A stretch of 64,000 nt of DNA from Carcharhinus longimanus (Eukaryota). Below are positions 37,772 to 51,400 of this stretch, piece by piece (the stretch's first letter is position 1; every line of letters starts with the position of its first letter). Below the pieces are notes generated by a model. That model did no database searches, was not told the DNA's origin, and saw only the letters and a list, made by a program, of their open reading frames with translations. A program made the position numbers and the translations under genes. Location of the stretch: assembly GCA_030264375.1 (NCBI GenBank), contig JASCQW010000162.1:62718371-62782370 (forward strand). The letters are read 5' to 3'.

Positions 37772-38481
37772 GCTGAGATTTTCCCAAAAAAACCAAGTCC
37801 CCAATTTGCAGGAAAACAGGAGTAACTCGCACTGTTTTTTAGCCAGATTACCAGAACAAATCTGACACTGAGCAATGCAGAGCACCTCAGCATGATTCAC
37901 TCTGGAAAGAATGGAGTGGGGCCTATTACTGCCTGTGAGGCTGGCAGCATAGCACTGGGCAGGCTACTGCACGTGCACTAGACTGTTAGTGCGGAGATCA
38001 AAATATGTGCAGTGGCCTTGCACTTTGACCTCCAGATCACTGCCTTGCAACCCCCCCCTTCCCTATTGCTGGCCTTGCAGAGCCCTCCCCCAACGAATCA
38101 CTGGCTTCACAGACAAGCCCCAATGCACTCCACCTTGCGCCAATTTCCCAATCCTCAGGTAATGCTAATCTCTTCTCCCCACCCTCTGAATGACTAGTCC
38201 CAACCCTCCTCCTGCCCCCTCACTCCCATGGCCAGCGCCGACCCCACCATCTTCCCTCTCTCTGCCAGCAGTCCTATTAGAGTGTGGCGGGCCCGCTAAT
38301 TAAATGTAAATCCCGATTTCTATATGGTAATCAGCTCCACACCGATTTCCAGCATGGAACGGATTACTGTGGAAATCTGAGCCATGAAAACCGTGATGCC
38401 CAGTAGGAAGCCCGTGAAACAGCCCCCGCTGATGTCTCCCGGCCCACCTGAGCAGCACAGCAGGTTTGGAGAATCACCCCC
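37772..38481 (-). mobile_element. Harbinger-type MITE family A
   Basis: Reverse-complement homology to 18240-18470; GAGATTTTCCC/GGAGAATCACCCCC ends. Confidence 0.7.
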
Positions 38482-38819
38482 AACGTTTCATAAAGGCATA
38501 CTAGCATTGCACTCCTCAAATAAACTAGCAACAGTTAATAGCTTGATCCAGAGGGATGACCAGTTTTGTGGACAGAACAAGTTTATAGCCCTGGTTTTTT
38601 TTAAAAAGTAAAAAAAAATTGTGGAAATTTCCTTAAGCTTGATGCAATTCCTCGATCTTGTGTTAGTATGATTGCTTTGGAAAGAAAAGCTAGTCCACCT
38701 TAGTGGAAACTCTAAGCCCTATCTTTTGGTGAGAAAGGCCTAATTTTTCTCACTTTGTAGCTCTGGGTTTCTGCTGGCAATAATCAGATCCTGGTCCCAT
38801 GCCACTGCCCAATCAAACC

Positions 38820-38967
38820 TCAGCCTTCAATTTCATTAACTGCTTGCTTCAGGTCTTCAATAATGATATCTACATCCTCTTTTGATGTTGTCCGCCCCAC
38901 ACTCAAACGCACTGCATTTATTGCCACATCAGGTTGAATGCCACTATTCAGTAAAATAGGTGAGGGC
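38820..38967 (-). CDS. SCLY: SCLY last coding exon (148 nt including TGA)
   Basis: [48 protein letters not shown]; summed CDS is 1305 nt = 434 aa plus stop. Confidence 0.97.
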
Positions 38968-40673
38968 CTGGAAAAGCAAGATTAATTGTTATAGGAGGAC
39001 ACAAGATGAGGAGAGAAAATAAATTGCATTCAGTCCATCAATTCTACTCCTTCAGAGCTCAGATTCATCACTACTCATTGAATACCAGCATGAAGTTTTA
39101 TACAAATAATTCCTGCCAGGAACTTTTGCATAGTTGAATACAAACTGCAGATATGGTGGCAAGTAGTTATACTGTTATAGCCCGAAACTCAATTCCTCCT
39201 TTGACAAGTCATGGAACTGAATTCTGTAACTTTCAGAATTCAAGGGAAAAATGCTGCTGGGTTGTCCAAAGCTAACCAGTTTACTAATACCTTACAAAAG
39301 GTATTAGTCTGCTCAGTCTGGCCTATTCCTGTCCAATAGGAAGTCAAGACTATAATGTCTACCTATGTTCATGGCTTCATTGTTCAGCCTAGACTGCTTG
39401 ATTTCTGAAAGTATCCAAGCAGCATGGCAGCAGCTGGAAAAATTTAATTCTGTCTGTATTTAACCCTGCAATCGCCAATCCCAATTCCTGACCAAATATT
39501 ATTCCAGCTACTCTCTGTAGAGGTTTCACCAACATGCTATTTGTTGTTTGTCTGAGAGCTGTCATCCATTTCTCTGGAGCAAATTCACTCTGCTATCTCT
39601 AGACTTTCCTGAAGTTCCTTCATTCAGTTTTTGTATGACCAGATTTGCTGCAATTAGGAACAAAGGAACCAACTTTGGCCCCATCTAGAAAAGTTACATT
39701 AGAGGCCATTCAGCCCATTGTGTCTGCGAAAAAAAAACACAAACTAGTCGCTCATTTTAAATCCTACTTTCCAGCATCTACTCTGTAGCTTGCAAGTTAC
39801 AGCACTTCAGGTGCAGGTCCAGATACCGTTAAAATATTTGAGCATTTCGGCCCAAACCAAAAACTTATCCCATCTAAAAAAAAATTACACACATCACTAA
39901 TTTACCCCTTCTCTGGAACATGGCTCAACATCAGTTTCTGGTACTGTATTTCATTCACTACTTGGGTTTGGCTACCACTGTACTGTATTCTAAGAATACT
40001 TAAGTCCCTTACATGTTTCACAGATACTGCACTGAATGATGTGGGGAATACAGACAAATATGGGAAAGGATAAAATTTAAATGGACATTTATTTTTCATT
40101 TTAAATAATTAATTGACCAGCAGCAACCTGGCCTACTTTCAAAGACTCAAATCTATTCTTTGTACAACACTGGTTGCTTTCACATGCAATGAATGGCTGT
40201 GTGCACACCCCTTCAATCTCCCATATCAGAGAGAGAACTAAGGCAGAGTAGCAATATCTGTCACCAGCACAGTAGGGACAGTGGGCAGACACTATCAAAT
40301 GCCAGTGGGTCATAGTACCAAAAATATAAAGCGGCCTCTAACTAAACAGCAACAGTGCCATAGTTTTAAATTATTCCCCATTAATATTTACTTCAAATCA
40401 AGCAGCAAGTACATAAAATGCAAAATGTGAAACAGATTACAGACTCAGCGACCACTGATCTTTCTAGGCTGTTGGTAGTTTTAATTGGCAGTATTCCTAT
40501 TTAGAAAAAAAATATACAAAATCCCACAATTGTATCTCTCCTTCTTAAACATTCAGTTTCACCCCTGATAATTAAAAGCATGGGCTGCCTAGGAGAGTGG
40601 GTCAGCATAATGACTCTGAACATTATTCTGAAACCTATTCCAGGATCACAGGAGTCAGCTTGGGACCTCTTAC

Positions 40674-40749
40674 CTATTGCTGTGGCCCGAATGGCAGGCA
40701 GCTCCCACGCTAGCCAGCAACTTTCGACAGTGCTGCAGCACCTTGTAAC
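40674..40749 (-). CDS. SCLY: SCLY coding exon 11 (76 nt), carrying the catalytic Cys
   Basis: GYKVLQHCRKLLASVGAACHSGHSN; SVGAACHS active-site motif. Confidence 0.97.
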
Positions 40750-40888
40750 CTGCACACAATCAAACAGTTATTGTGGTGTAGCACACAATGGTGATTTAAG
40801 CATTCCTAACCCTGTACTTTTGGGTGTTTATTAATAATATTACTACATGCCTGATTCAATGAGTGTAAGACAATAGTTTTGTCAGTAC

Positions 40889-40991
40889 CTTGCAGGTTAG
40901 GCCCTAGAATAGACATGTTACAGGTATTTGGCAATATTTCTGAGCCCAAAAAGTGGCTATTGAAATGGACTCTGTCCTGCCCAAATGCAAT
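40889..40991 (-). CDS. SCLY: SCLY coding exon 10 (103 nt)
   Basis: IAFGQDRVHFNSHFLGSEILPNTCNMSILGPNLQ. Confidence 0.96.
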
Positions 40992-41119
40992 CTGCAATAA
41001 GAATAGAAAAAAATCAAATTAGTTTCTTGGGGGTATAAAATTTACTCAATTATATAATACACAGCAACCACATTAATGGATTCAGCAATAATGCTGAGTC
41101 AACTTTCTCTGATGAAACA

Positions 41120-41500
41120 TTCACTCCCTCTAGCACGGATGTTCAGTAGCAGCAGTGTGTACTACCTGCAAGATGCACTTGAGCAATTCACCAAAAATCC
41201 TTGGACAGCACTTTCCAAACCCACAACCACTTCCATCTAGGATGACAAGGGCAGCAGATAACTGGGAACACCACCACCTGCAAGTTCCCCTCCAAGTCAC
41301 TCACCATCCTGACTTGGAAATATATTGTTGTTCCTGGATTAAAATCCTGGAATTCCCTCTTTAAACACATTGTGGGTCAACCCACAGCACGTGGACTGCA
41401 GTGATTCAAGAAATCAGTTCACCACCACCTTCAAGGGCAATTAGGGATGGGCAATAAATGCAGGCCAGCCCACAATGCCCATGTCCCATGAATGAATTAC
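41120..41500 (+). mobile_element. LINE 3' end of a second family with a GGGCAATAAATGC tail (copies ~49700-50010 on -, 53905-54280 on +; tail-sharing SINE-like copies ~16600-17125 and 59270-59705)
   Basis: Shared AAGTTCCCCTCCAAGTCACTCACCATCCTGACTTGGAAATAT and GGGCAATTAGGGATGGGCAATAAATGC; clade not determined. Confidence 0.7.
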
Positions 41501-42349
41501 AAAAATCCCTACAAATGTACAGGTCTAGTGGACTAAGTTCTTCCTGTTGTAACTTGTATCCTACTGTGGTATGCATATCCTGGCAACTCAAAGTTACGAA
41601 GTATGGGCAGGGCAGGTAGTGACAATCTGTTTATGTACAAAAACTGCCAGTGTACCCTGAACTTTTCACTAATTTCATTGACTACCTTGACCTCTCTATT
41701 CAGCTATAAACAGTGGTGCTACCATGTGAAAATGTAAGAAGTAGGAGATCATATGGCCCCTCTACTATTCAACATTATTACAGCTGATCTTCTATCAACA
41801 CTGCACTTTCCTGCCCACCCTATACCATTTGATTCCCTGAGAGAACAAAATCTGTTTCTCTCATCCCTAAACATTTTCAACAATGAAGCTTCCACAACCC
41901 TCTGGTATAGACAAATCCAAAGATTCACAACCCTGAGTGAAGAAATTTCTCCTCATCTCAACTGAGAATGTTTGACCTCCTTACTCAGGCTTTGCCTAGT
42001 GTTCTAATTTTGCTCTAACTGGGGAAATGATCTCTCGAAGTCTAACTGTCAAACCCCTTCAGAATCTGGAATGTTTCTATGAGATCGCTTCTCATTCTTC
42101 CAAACTCAAAATTTACTCAGCTTCTAATAACAAATCAACCCTCTTACTCCAAGCTCGTGAACTTTTTCTGTACCACCTCCAATGCAGGTAGATCTCTCCT
42201 TAAACACGGAGATGAAAACTGCAAACAGGGCTCCAGATGTGGTCTTACCAAAGACTGTACAACTGTAGCAAGGCTTGTTTGTTCTTGTACTGCAGTCGTC
42301 TTATAATAAGAGTAAATGGCCCAACTTGTTTGCTGTACCATTTGATTCG

Positions 42350-42592
42350 ATGTGTCACATGTATTGGTAAACAGTGAAAAGTATTGTTTCTTACGCATAA
42401 AGCATGCCATTCATAGAGAAGGAAAGGAGAGAGCAGAATATAGTGTTACAGTCATAGCTAGGATGTAGAGAATGATCAACTTAATGCGAGGTAGGTCCAT
42501 TCAAAAGTCTGAAGGCAGCAGGAAGTAAGACGCTTCTTGAGTCAGATGATATGTGACCTCAGACTTTTGTATCTTTTTCCTGACAGAAAGTG

Positions 42593-42625
<33 letters not shown>

Positions 42626-42690
42626 TGTCCAGGGTGCATGTGGTCCTTTATCATGCTGGCTGCTGTTCTGAAGCAGCAGAGAGTGTAGAA
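42350..42690 (-). mobile_element. Rex1/Babar-like LINE 3' fragment containing a (GA)n tract
   Basis: Resembles the Rex1 3' region (TTCAAAAGTCTGA...GTGACCTCAGACTTTTGTATCTTTTTCCTGAC); identified from recall only. Confidence 0.5.
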
Positions 42691-43458
42691 ATCCCTCTAA
42701 ACAGTAACACACAGTTCAAGCATGACATTGGACAAACTGACGCTAAGGTAATTTCATGTATTCAGATCATTTTGTACATTTTCACCTCTTCTTTTCCAGT
42801 GGTACCTATTCTAGCTGGGCTGACATTCCAGGGTGACAGCAGTGCTTGGAATTACACCCAAGTGGATTGCAAGTCCAATCAGTGAATGTCATCAGATTAC
42901 TTAATCAATCATATCCTGGCTTTATCCTCTACTGAAGTTCACCTAAGTGCAATTTTCCATTTGCAATCATTGTATAACAATTAAGGGCACCCTGGATAAT
43001 ATTACTCCCAGCTCCCCTCTTTAACCTAGTTATAGCACCTCAATTGTGGCCAGTTCAGAGGATTCAAAGCAGGTCCTATTGGTCTATAATGGTTTAGTGC
43101 TGCATTGAGTGGTACTCGACACAAATATCTGGATACCTGTGCTAATTTTTTTACAATTGCATCACAGTCACTAAATTATTGTGCAGTCACTTCATTGCAG
43201 TAGAACTCATGCAAAAAATATCACCATGGATGTTTTGTGGGTTGTACGGAGCTGTTGGCTAATCATTGTAATCAATCCTTTTATCAATTAGAGTATAACA
43301 CCTCCAAAGGTAGGGTGAAGAAAACCTCCATTATTGGGAACCACTGGTCCAAAGTCACTTGGTCCTCAACACATTACACATACTACATACATGGTTCAAA
43401 TTACTCCAATATTGTACCCTAAAATATTATTTCATGACTATTAAACATTCACACATAC

Positions 43459-43542
43459 CAACAGTTTCTCTTCCAGGTAATCCCTCACTTCTTTCATGTG
43501 TTTGGCATACACCTCCAGCTCCCTGACCACCAGCTCAGCAGC
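43459..43542 (-). CDS. SCLY: SCLY coding exon 9 (84 nt)
   Basis: AAELVVRELEVYAKHMKEVRDYLEEKLL. Confidence 0.96.
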
Positions 43543-44574
43543 CTGAAGAAAGAAGTCAGTAAAATGCATTTGAAGTCCATCTGCCATTAACCATTATTTT
43601 ATTTTGCAAATAAACAGCAGCTTGTTAGCATAAGGATTATTTACCATATAAACAGTTTGAACTCACTCAGTATGCAATGAAGAGTTCCAACTTATTCAGC
43701 AGGAGAAGAGATACTTAATGTTCAGAATTTGGTATATTTAAGATAATAACCTTTGATGAAGTAATGGAGGGGCTGGATAAGGGCAAGTCTTCAAAATCTT
43801 GAAAGGTTTTGAGAATAAATGAGAAACTAGTTCCAGTGGCAGAAAGAAAAGCAAGCAGAGGATACCATTTTAAGCTGATTGGCATAAGAACCCAAAGTGA
43901 TTCAAGGACAAGATAATTATTCAACAAGTTCATGGCCTGAATGGGTAGGGGAAGTAGACTCACTGCTAACTTTCAAAAGGGAAATGAAAAAAATTGAAGA
44001 AATTGTGGAGCTACAAAAGAAAGAACAGGGAAGTGGGGATAATCCGATGGCTCTTTTAAAAGTTGACAAAAGCACAATAGGCTGAATAGTGCCCTTCTGT
44101 GTTGCATAATTCTATGATTCACTGAGGAAAGTGCTTCAATCCATCCAACTCACTGTCACTCGGATCATGTCAGATCAGCAACTGACTGTTTTCTTATTCT
44201 AAGAATATACTTTTTTCCTGATTCAGAAGTTGACCTGATTCCCTTTAATTGCGTTTCCAATTCCCAGTCCATGGGCATCAGTTCATTCACAAACTAGTAA
44301 ATGCAAGTTTGATTTGACTCACAGCTCCTTTAGTAATCACTATCTCCCCCATTCTATTTTTACACAATATCCCTGCAGTCCATCAATTCCCTTCATGAAT
44401 CTAAACCTTAGAATTACTCATTTTGTTTCTTCAAGGCTCACAATGCAAAATTCTTTAATCCTCTCAATCCTTTACATTCCTGGTGACTTTACCAACAAGC
44501 ACTTATAATACCACACACAGCTCACCCATACTTCCCAAAGGACTAGCAATACTTGGATTTATTCCTGTTCATTG

Positions 44575-45177
44575 ACTTTAAAAATTGGCAAGTCACGCTG
44601 CAGCTTTACTGAATCTTAGTTAGGCTGCACTTGGAATACAGTGTTAAATTCTGGTCGCCACACAACCAGAAGGATGTGGAGGCTTTGGAGAGGGTACAGA
44701 AAAGATTTATCAGGATGTTACCCGTTATGGAGGGCATTAGCTATGAGGAGAGGTCAGAGAAACTTGGTTTGTTCTCACTGGAACGAAGAAGGGTGACCTG
44801 ATAGAAGTCTACAAGATTATGAAGGGCATGGACAAAGTGGATAGTCAGAAGTTTTTTCCCCAGTGTGCAAGAGTCAATTACTAGGGGGCATAAGTTTAAG
44901 GTGTGAGGGGTAAGGTTAAAAGGAAATGTACAAGCACAGGTTTTTCCTTTTAAAAACAGAGGATGATAAGTGCCTGGAACTTGCTGCCAGGGAGGTAGTG
45001 GAAGCAGATATGATAGTGACTTTTAAAGGGGTGTCTGGACAAATACATGACTAGGGTGGGAATAGAGGGATATGGTCCCCAGAAGGGTAGGGGGTTTTTA
45101 ATTCAGTCGGGCAGCATGAGTTGGCGCAGGCTTGGAGGGCCAAAGAGCCTGTTCGGGTGCTGTAATTTTCTTTGTTA
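44575..45177 (+). mobile_element. CR1 LINE 3' fragment (others at ~7810-8320, 15765-16215, 41735-42330, 43640-44120, 45990-46430, 49230-49650, 50180-51910, 57850-58135, 58580-58925)
   Basis: LVRLHLEYSVKFWSPH...KDVEALERVQKRF...GDLIEVYKIMKG motifs. Confidence 0.88.
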
Positions 45178-45607
45178 TATTTCAGTTAGTGGTTCAAATA
45201 TATGACTGCATTTCAAAGAGGAATGTGAAAAACTTGCTGTGTCATTAAAGTATTGGTGAGGTGAATACAGACAGAACTATAAAAAGATAATTGCTGCCAG
45301 TTTTACCATGACTGCAATGAATTAGCTCATCTCAACATAAGCAAGATTTAGCCTGCAGAATGGGAGCTGCAGAGGGCTGTTTCAGAAAAAAATCCTGCTG
45401 AGCTAACACAGTTGATGCCTAATCCATATCATAGGCAAGAAGTCTCACAACACCAGGTTAAGGTCCAACAGGTTTATTTGGTAGCACGAGCTTTGAGTGT
45501 TGCTGCTCCTTCAAATAAACTTGTTGGACCTTAACCAGGTGCAATGCCTGCATCTCCACATCATCCATATCATACAGTCAGGACAAAACTTAACAATTGC
45601 TATTCAC

Positions 45608-45644
45608 CTTTCCAAGTCCTGCGATCATTGGTGTGTTTTCTGTG
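45608..45644 (-). CDS. SCLY: SCLY coding exon 8 (37 nt)
   Basis: TENTPMIAGLGK, matching human; TTACAG acceptor, GTGAAT donor. Confidence 0.96.
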
Positions 45645-48014
45645 CTGTAAAGAGATGGCAATACAAACAGGGAGATTAAGTTTTGGACTTACAAATTTAT
45701 ATATTCACTAAAACATGTACAGTCAGTTCTAAATCAGTTCCAAGAGCCCGATTAAACCTAACTTAGATGAAAGTCTACCCAGCGGAGATCAGACAGATCT
45801 TCTTATTTCAGTTAAATTGTTGGGTGAGAAATGGGCAATAGTGAATTAGCTGTCCGATTTAGACCTCATGTGATTTTGTATGCAATTAGCTTAACCAAAG
45901 AAGAAAACCACACAAGGTATTAAACAGAGTATTTGATTCTGTTTTTGGTCTGGCAATAAAAAAAATTACGTTCTTCCCATGCAGTTAAAAACCGAAAAGT
46001 GTTCCTTTGGACCTTTGGTACCTAAGCAGTCCATTCAGCTTCTCAAACCTGTTGCCCAGTTCAAGCAGACACTGATTAGTACCGTAATTCCATTTACCTT
46101 GTTTGGTTCCATATACACTGATTTTGCTAAGTAAGGGTATCAATCGGTTTTGAAATTCAATTGAGTCCTGGTTTCACTTTTTAAAAGGGGAGTTCCAGAA
46201 TTCCATGACCCTTTTGTGAAAAACATGTCTGGACTTCACCCACAAATTGCCTAGCTCTGGTTCTAATGTTTATGCCTACATGTTCTGGACTCCCCTAGCA
46301 GGTGCAAAATTTTCTTTTATCCTATTAAAACTTGTAATTGCAAACACATTGCCTAGGTCACCCCTTAATCTGCTATACTCAAGGGAATATAAACCTAGCT
46401 TTTACAAACTGTCCCTTCATAAATGTAACTCTTAGAATCAGAATCCCTACAGTGCAGGCCGCCGCCATTTGGCCCTTCAAGCCTGTAACGACAACAATTC
46501 CACCCAGGCCCTATCCCCTTAACCCCATGTAATTAGCCTGCTAATCCCCGAGGGGCAATTTAGCATGGACAAATCAGCCTAACTTTTTATATCTTTGGAC
46601 TGTGGAAGGAAATCAGAGCACCTAGTGCTGTGAGAAGCAGTGCTGACATCCACACCACCCTATTTTAGCCATTGTCTCATTCTGGCAAATTTGTGCTATA
46701 CTGTCTCCAAGGCATATTAAGCGTGATGGCCAGAAGAGAAGGTAGAATCAGAACCAAAAATCAATCACTGGGGCCATCCATACAGAGTCACAGTAATGAC
46801 ATAGGACGGACATCATGGTCGTGAAATATGGTCAGTTCTCAGAAAGGGCATGAGTACACTGCATCACAATAACAAAAATGTTGCTTCTTCAGATACTTAG
46901 GGCTCCTCCTATTATTTGACTAGTGGAAGAAAGGAGATATTAAATGGTCTCTCCGAGCAGCAACAAATTGGAAAACATTTCAGCTGCTTTAAGTTGAAGA
47001 GGGAAAAAACACTAGGTGACAAGCAACAGAGTAAAAGAAGAGAAAACTGGAGCTGGGTGAAGGTAATAACTTTAAAATCATGGGGCAAAAACAGGTGATA
47101 GTGAAAATCGAGAAAGGAGCACTTGAAATTCCATCTCTATAGCACTCTTGTGTATGAAGGAAGTTTGTGATGGCTTTTGGGATAGTCAGCTACACACAAT
47201 GCATGCCGAGGAAACAAAGCCATCTACTGTCTGGGGCAAGGCGTGTCTGCATATCTGTAGGGGAAAACCCTCTTTGACCAAATCTTATGTTAGCATTCCC
47301 AATACCTCCTCCTTGGCCAACAGTTGGTCAATCTTGCCTCCAGAAAATGTCTTGAGCCACTATGCTGAAGGAGCTATATAAATAGAAGCTGTTGATCAGG
47401 TGAAATGGAAGTCATGGAGGTTCCTGAATTATGAGTAGGAGAGGGTAGTTGGGAAGAAAAGGGCTGGTATATAACCCAGGAGCACTTGAGTCAGATGCTG
47501 GAGAAGTGATACGAGTGGTCAGGGCTGCTGGGGAAAAGTGGGATGACAAGGGCATGGGGGCCAGACTGTCTGAAGAGCTGGAATTAAGGGTGTGGGTCAG
47601 TTGAATGACAGTCACAGGAGTAGAGGCAACTATGTGGAAGGCCTTAATTTCAGACACACAAAAAAAAAGAACTCTAAGAGATCAGTGTGAGGATGAGGAT
47701 ATTTAGAAAAGGTTTATGATTAAACAAGAGAAGTTTGAAGTTCATTGCAATCAAGAGTCAAATGCTGTTTTGATTAAATAGAATGAACTTTGAATGCAGC
47801 TTTAGTTTGTTCAAGCAGATAGCGGTGGATAGCCAGGTCAATGGAACACGATCGATCTTATTCTTTGCTTTCACTCCATAACCCCCAAACTTGAGATTGA
47901 AGCTATAAATCTTATTTCATCAAAATTACAATGTTAAACTCAGTGGAAACCATCATTCAAGGATAATCCAGGGTTAAAAAGATCTAATTCCTCTGCATTT
48001 TCCAGTTAACCTAC

Positions 48015-48121
48015 CCTGGTCTGTATTTTCTTTCTTGGCCTCCACCAAAGAACATTGGGTAAAAAGGCGTGTTCATGCCTGGCCCTCTTGCATACAAAGC
48101 TCCAATCCGTGGGCCATAAAA
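48015..48121 (-). CDS. SCLY: SCLY coding exon 7 (107 nt)
   Basis: [36 protein letters not shown]. Confidence 0.97.
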
Positions 48122-48596
48122 CTGTGTGGGTGACAGAAATACAATAAAATTAATGCCAACCAAAAAACCGGTTCTGAAATCAGGTAGCACTCGCTCTTCA
48201 TTTTCATGGTCATTACATTTTGTTTCCTATCCAAATTTCAAGGAATTTGAGATGACTAAATTGCACCAGTGTTTTAAATGCAAGACTTCATCATCATAAA
48301 TATCTGCTGCACATAGCCAGCAGCTAACCACCACCATGCTCTGCATTAAACCAGTGGTCTATCAGTTGTAACAAAATATCTAAGATTGAGAAATAATTGA
48401 ATTACTGAAGTTCTGGATCTGTGTACACAAATTATACTGTGAATTGCTTGTAGGCTATTTACTGAGCAGATTCAATTTGTTCATCAGAGAAGCAACACAT
48501 TAGGGTATTCAGAGAGACTTGGAGCTGTGCAAGAGCAAAGAGTTGAAATCTCACGTACACAATTTACTAAAGGTTACTGGACAGGTACAAAAAGGT

Positions 48597-48600
<4 letters not shown>

Positions 48601-48650
<50 letters not shown>

Positions 48651-48656
48651 AGAGAG
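48601..48656. repeat. (AG)n microsatellite (also (GT)n at 4263-4289 and 22569-22597, (GA)n at 42597-42625)
   Basis: Visible dinucleotide runs. Confidence 0.95.
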
Positions 48657-51083
48657 ATGTGCAAACTGACGAACTTTATTTGCACAGTGTTACCACCCCA
48701 GTTGATGTTAATACTGGACAAGTCAATCCCAACAGAACTTGACTGATCCTAACTTTCAAGAAACTGTGGAAGCAAGTCACTGAACAAGTTCACAGGAGTT
48801 TCCTGATGAACTTTTAACATAAAGAATAAACATTCATTGAAAAAGGAAAAAGAACTGCTTTACACTAGACAAAGAGATGGAAAGATTTCAGTACAAACAC
48901 AAGTAAAATTCACACTATTCCTTTTATCCCAAAACTACCCATACAGACACAAAAAACTAGTGAAGAATTATCAAGACTTCTTCCTTGGGCTGGCCCAGAT
49001 GCAAAAAGTTTACTTCCAGCACATTCACTTGATGCTTTTTTCCCTAGCTGGTATTTCTCCTTGCGATACCAAAGCTGCACTATTATTTCAACAGCAGAGC
49101 AAATATACAGATTCCTAAACTCTATGCCCCAGCAGCCTTGCAGAATTTCTTTTCAGAGAATTTAGAACTCTGGTCTTCCCTCTCTTGACATACACACTCT
49201 GAACTTGTTTTGTCTTTTCCTCAGTATCACTGAACCCCTGTTGCATCAGCAGTCTTGGTCAGATTTCATCTGGTCTACTGTGTTCTGTATTGAACACCAA
49301 AACATCAAGAATGTTGGTGGCTTTGGAGACAGTACAGGACAGGTTACAAAATTTTTGGTTTGTGTTCCCTGAATTTAAAAAGGTTGAAAAGGTGTTCTAA
49401 AGGATATGTTTAAACCTATAAAGGGATTGTATATGTTAGAGAGAATTATTTGATCTGGTATGGGAAATCCAGAACAACAGAACTAATCTGTAAATTAATG
49501 CTTGGCCATTTGGGATTGAAACCAGGAATCACTCTTTCATATAAAGGATAGTGGAAATCTGAATTTTCTCTCCGAGACTGTAAGTTGGAGGACAAATGAT
49601 GTTTACAAGATGAAAATCAATAAGAATTTTGTTGGGCAAGGACATCAAGAGAACTAGAATCATTATGAATCAGACCAGAATCACTGGAGTTTTTAAGAAA
49701 TACTTTCACAGCATGTGATTGTCACTGGCTAGGCCAGCATTTATTGCCTATTCCCAATTGCCCTTGAGATCATGGTGATGAGCTATCTTGTCAAGCCACT
49801 GCAGTCCACATGGTAGGTACACCCATGGTGCTGTCAGGGAGGGAGTTGCAGGACTTTGACCTAGCATTGAAGAAACAGTAATACATTTCCAAGTTAGGAA
49901 GGTTGAGTGGCTTGGAGGGGAACTTGCAGGCGGTGTTCCCACATGTTTGCTGCCCTTCTAGATGAAAGAAGTCATGAATTTAGAAGGTGCTGCCTCAGGA
50001 GCCTTGGGTGATAAAAAAATGGAATTGCAATGCCAGAGGAAAGCTGTAAGTTGACTGACAAGTAGTGTAGCTTTGTTTCTCCTTCTCCAAAGTTAGGAAG
50101 TTATCTAAGGAGCTGGGAAATTAAAATTTATTTTTTAATAAAAGGGTTAAGTAAAGCTTTTCAATTAACCTTCCTGTCATTAAGTGACAGCAGGAGAAAG
50201 GGAGTAGCGAGTGAGTCGTCCCCCCGCTCAAGTTCTATTACCTAATAGATAGAGGAATGGTAATTTAGCTCCAACCACTGAAGTGCACATCCTAGTCGAC
50301 GAGGGAACTCCAGGACATTTCCTATGTCCTGGATAACCATACGAAAGTGTGATTAACAGCAAGTTGAGGTCTGGGTTTCATGCCTTGAGCAGCGGCTGAC
50401 ATCACTGCAATGCATCTGTGAGGTTGGGAGCTTTGTGGATGGCACATTTATAGAATGTGGTCACCCTGCAAATTAAGGGTACACAGGGAGAGCTAGAATG
50501 GGTGATCACCAATTAGTGACATGGAAATAGGCAGGTGGTGCAGGAGTCCTTCGGGTGCACCTTACTCAGACCAGAATACTGATGGAAGTGACGGTCAATC
50601 TATGACTGCAGCCTCAATCGATGGCATGTGGCCCTGCAGTCAAAACTGGGAGCTAGGTAGGAAACAAGCAAGGATCTCAAAAGTAGTAATCTCCAGATTA
50701 TTCCTGGTCCTGCCCCTAAGTGAATATAGAAGTAGGAAGATACAGCAGATTAAATGCATGGCTGGACAGATGGTGTAGGAAGGAGGGCTTTTAATTTTTG
50801 GGAAATTGGGATCAATTCTGTCAGAGATATGACTAGGACAGGCTGTACCTAAAACATGGCTGGAATCAATTTCCATGCAGGTTGATTTGCTAGTGTTTTT
50901 GGAGAGGGTTTAAAGTAACCAGGCATTGGTGTGGGAACCAGGAGATAATACTCAAGAAGAATTTCAAAAGTGTCAAGAGTATCGGGAAAGGCAGATAGTA
51001 CTACAAGAGAAAATAGTAAGGCGAGATGTTTTCTGCATAAAAGGGAAATTAATAAAGTCTAAATTATGGTTACACTACATGCG

Positions 51084-51400
51084 TAGAATCATAGAAACCC
51101 TAGAGTGCAGAAAGAGGCCACTTGACCCACTGAGTCTGAACCAACCACAATCCTACCCAGGCCCTACCCTCACATCCCTACATATTTACCTGCTAATCCC
51201 TCTAACCAACACATCTCAGGACACCAAGGGTCAATTTTAGCATGGCCAATCAACCTAACCCGTACATCTTTGGGCTGTGGGAGGAAACCAGAGCACCAAA
51301 CCAAACACGAGGAGAACATGCAAACTCCACAGAGTGACCCAAGCCAGGAACTGAACCCAGATCCCTGGAGTTATGAAGCAGCAGTGATAACCGTGCTGCC
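51084..51400 (-). mobile_element. HE1/V-type SINE (other copies or fragments at ~6508-6799, 8315-8470, 28178-28278, 30256-30333, 46434-46660, 60887-61085, 61229-61508)
   Basis: Shared core motifs with the copies above. Confidence 0.85.
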
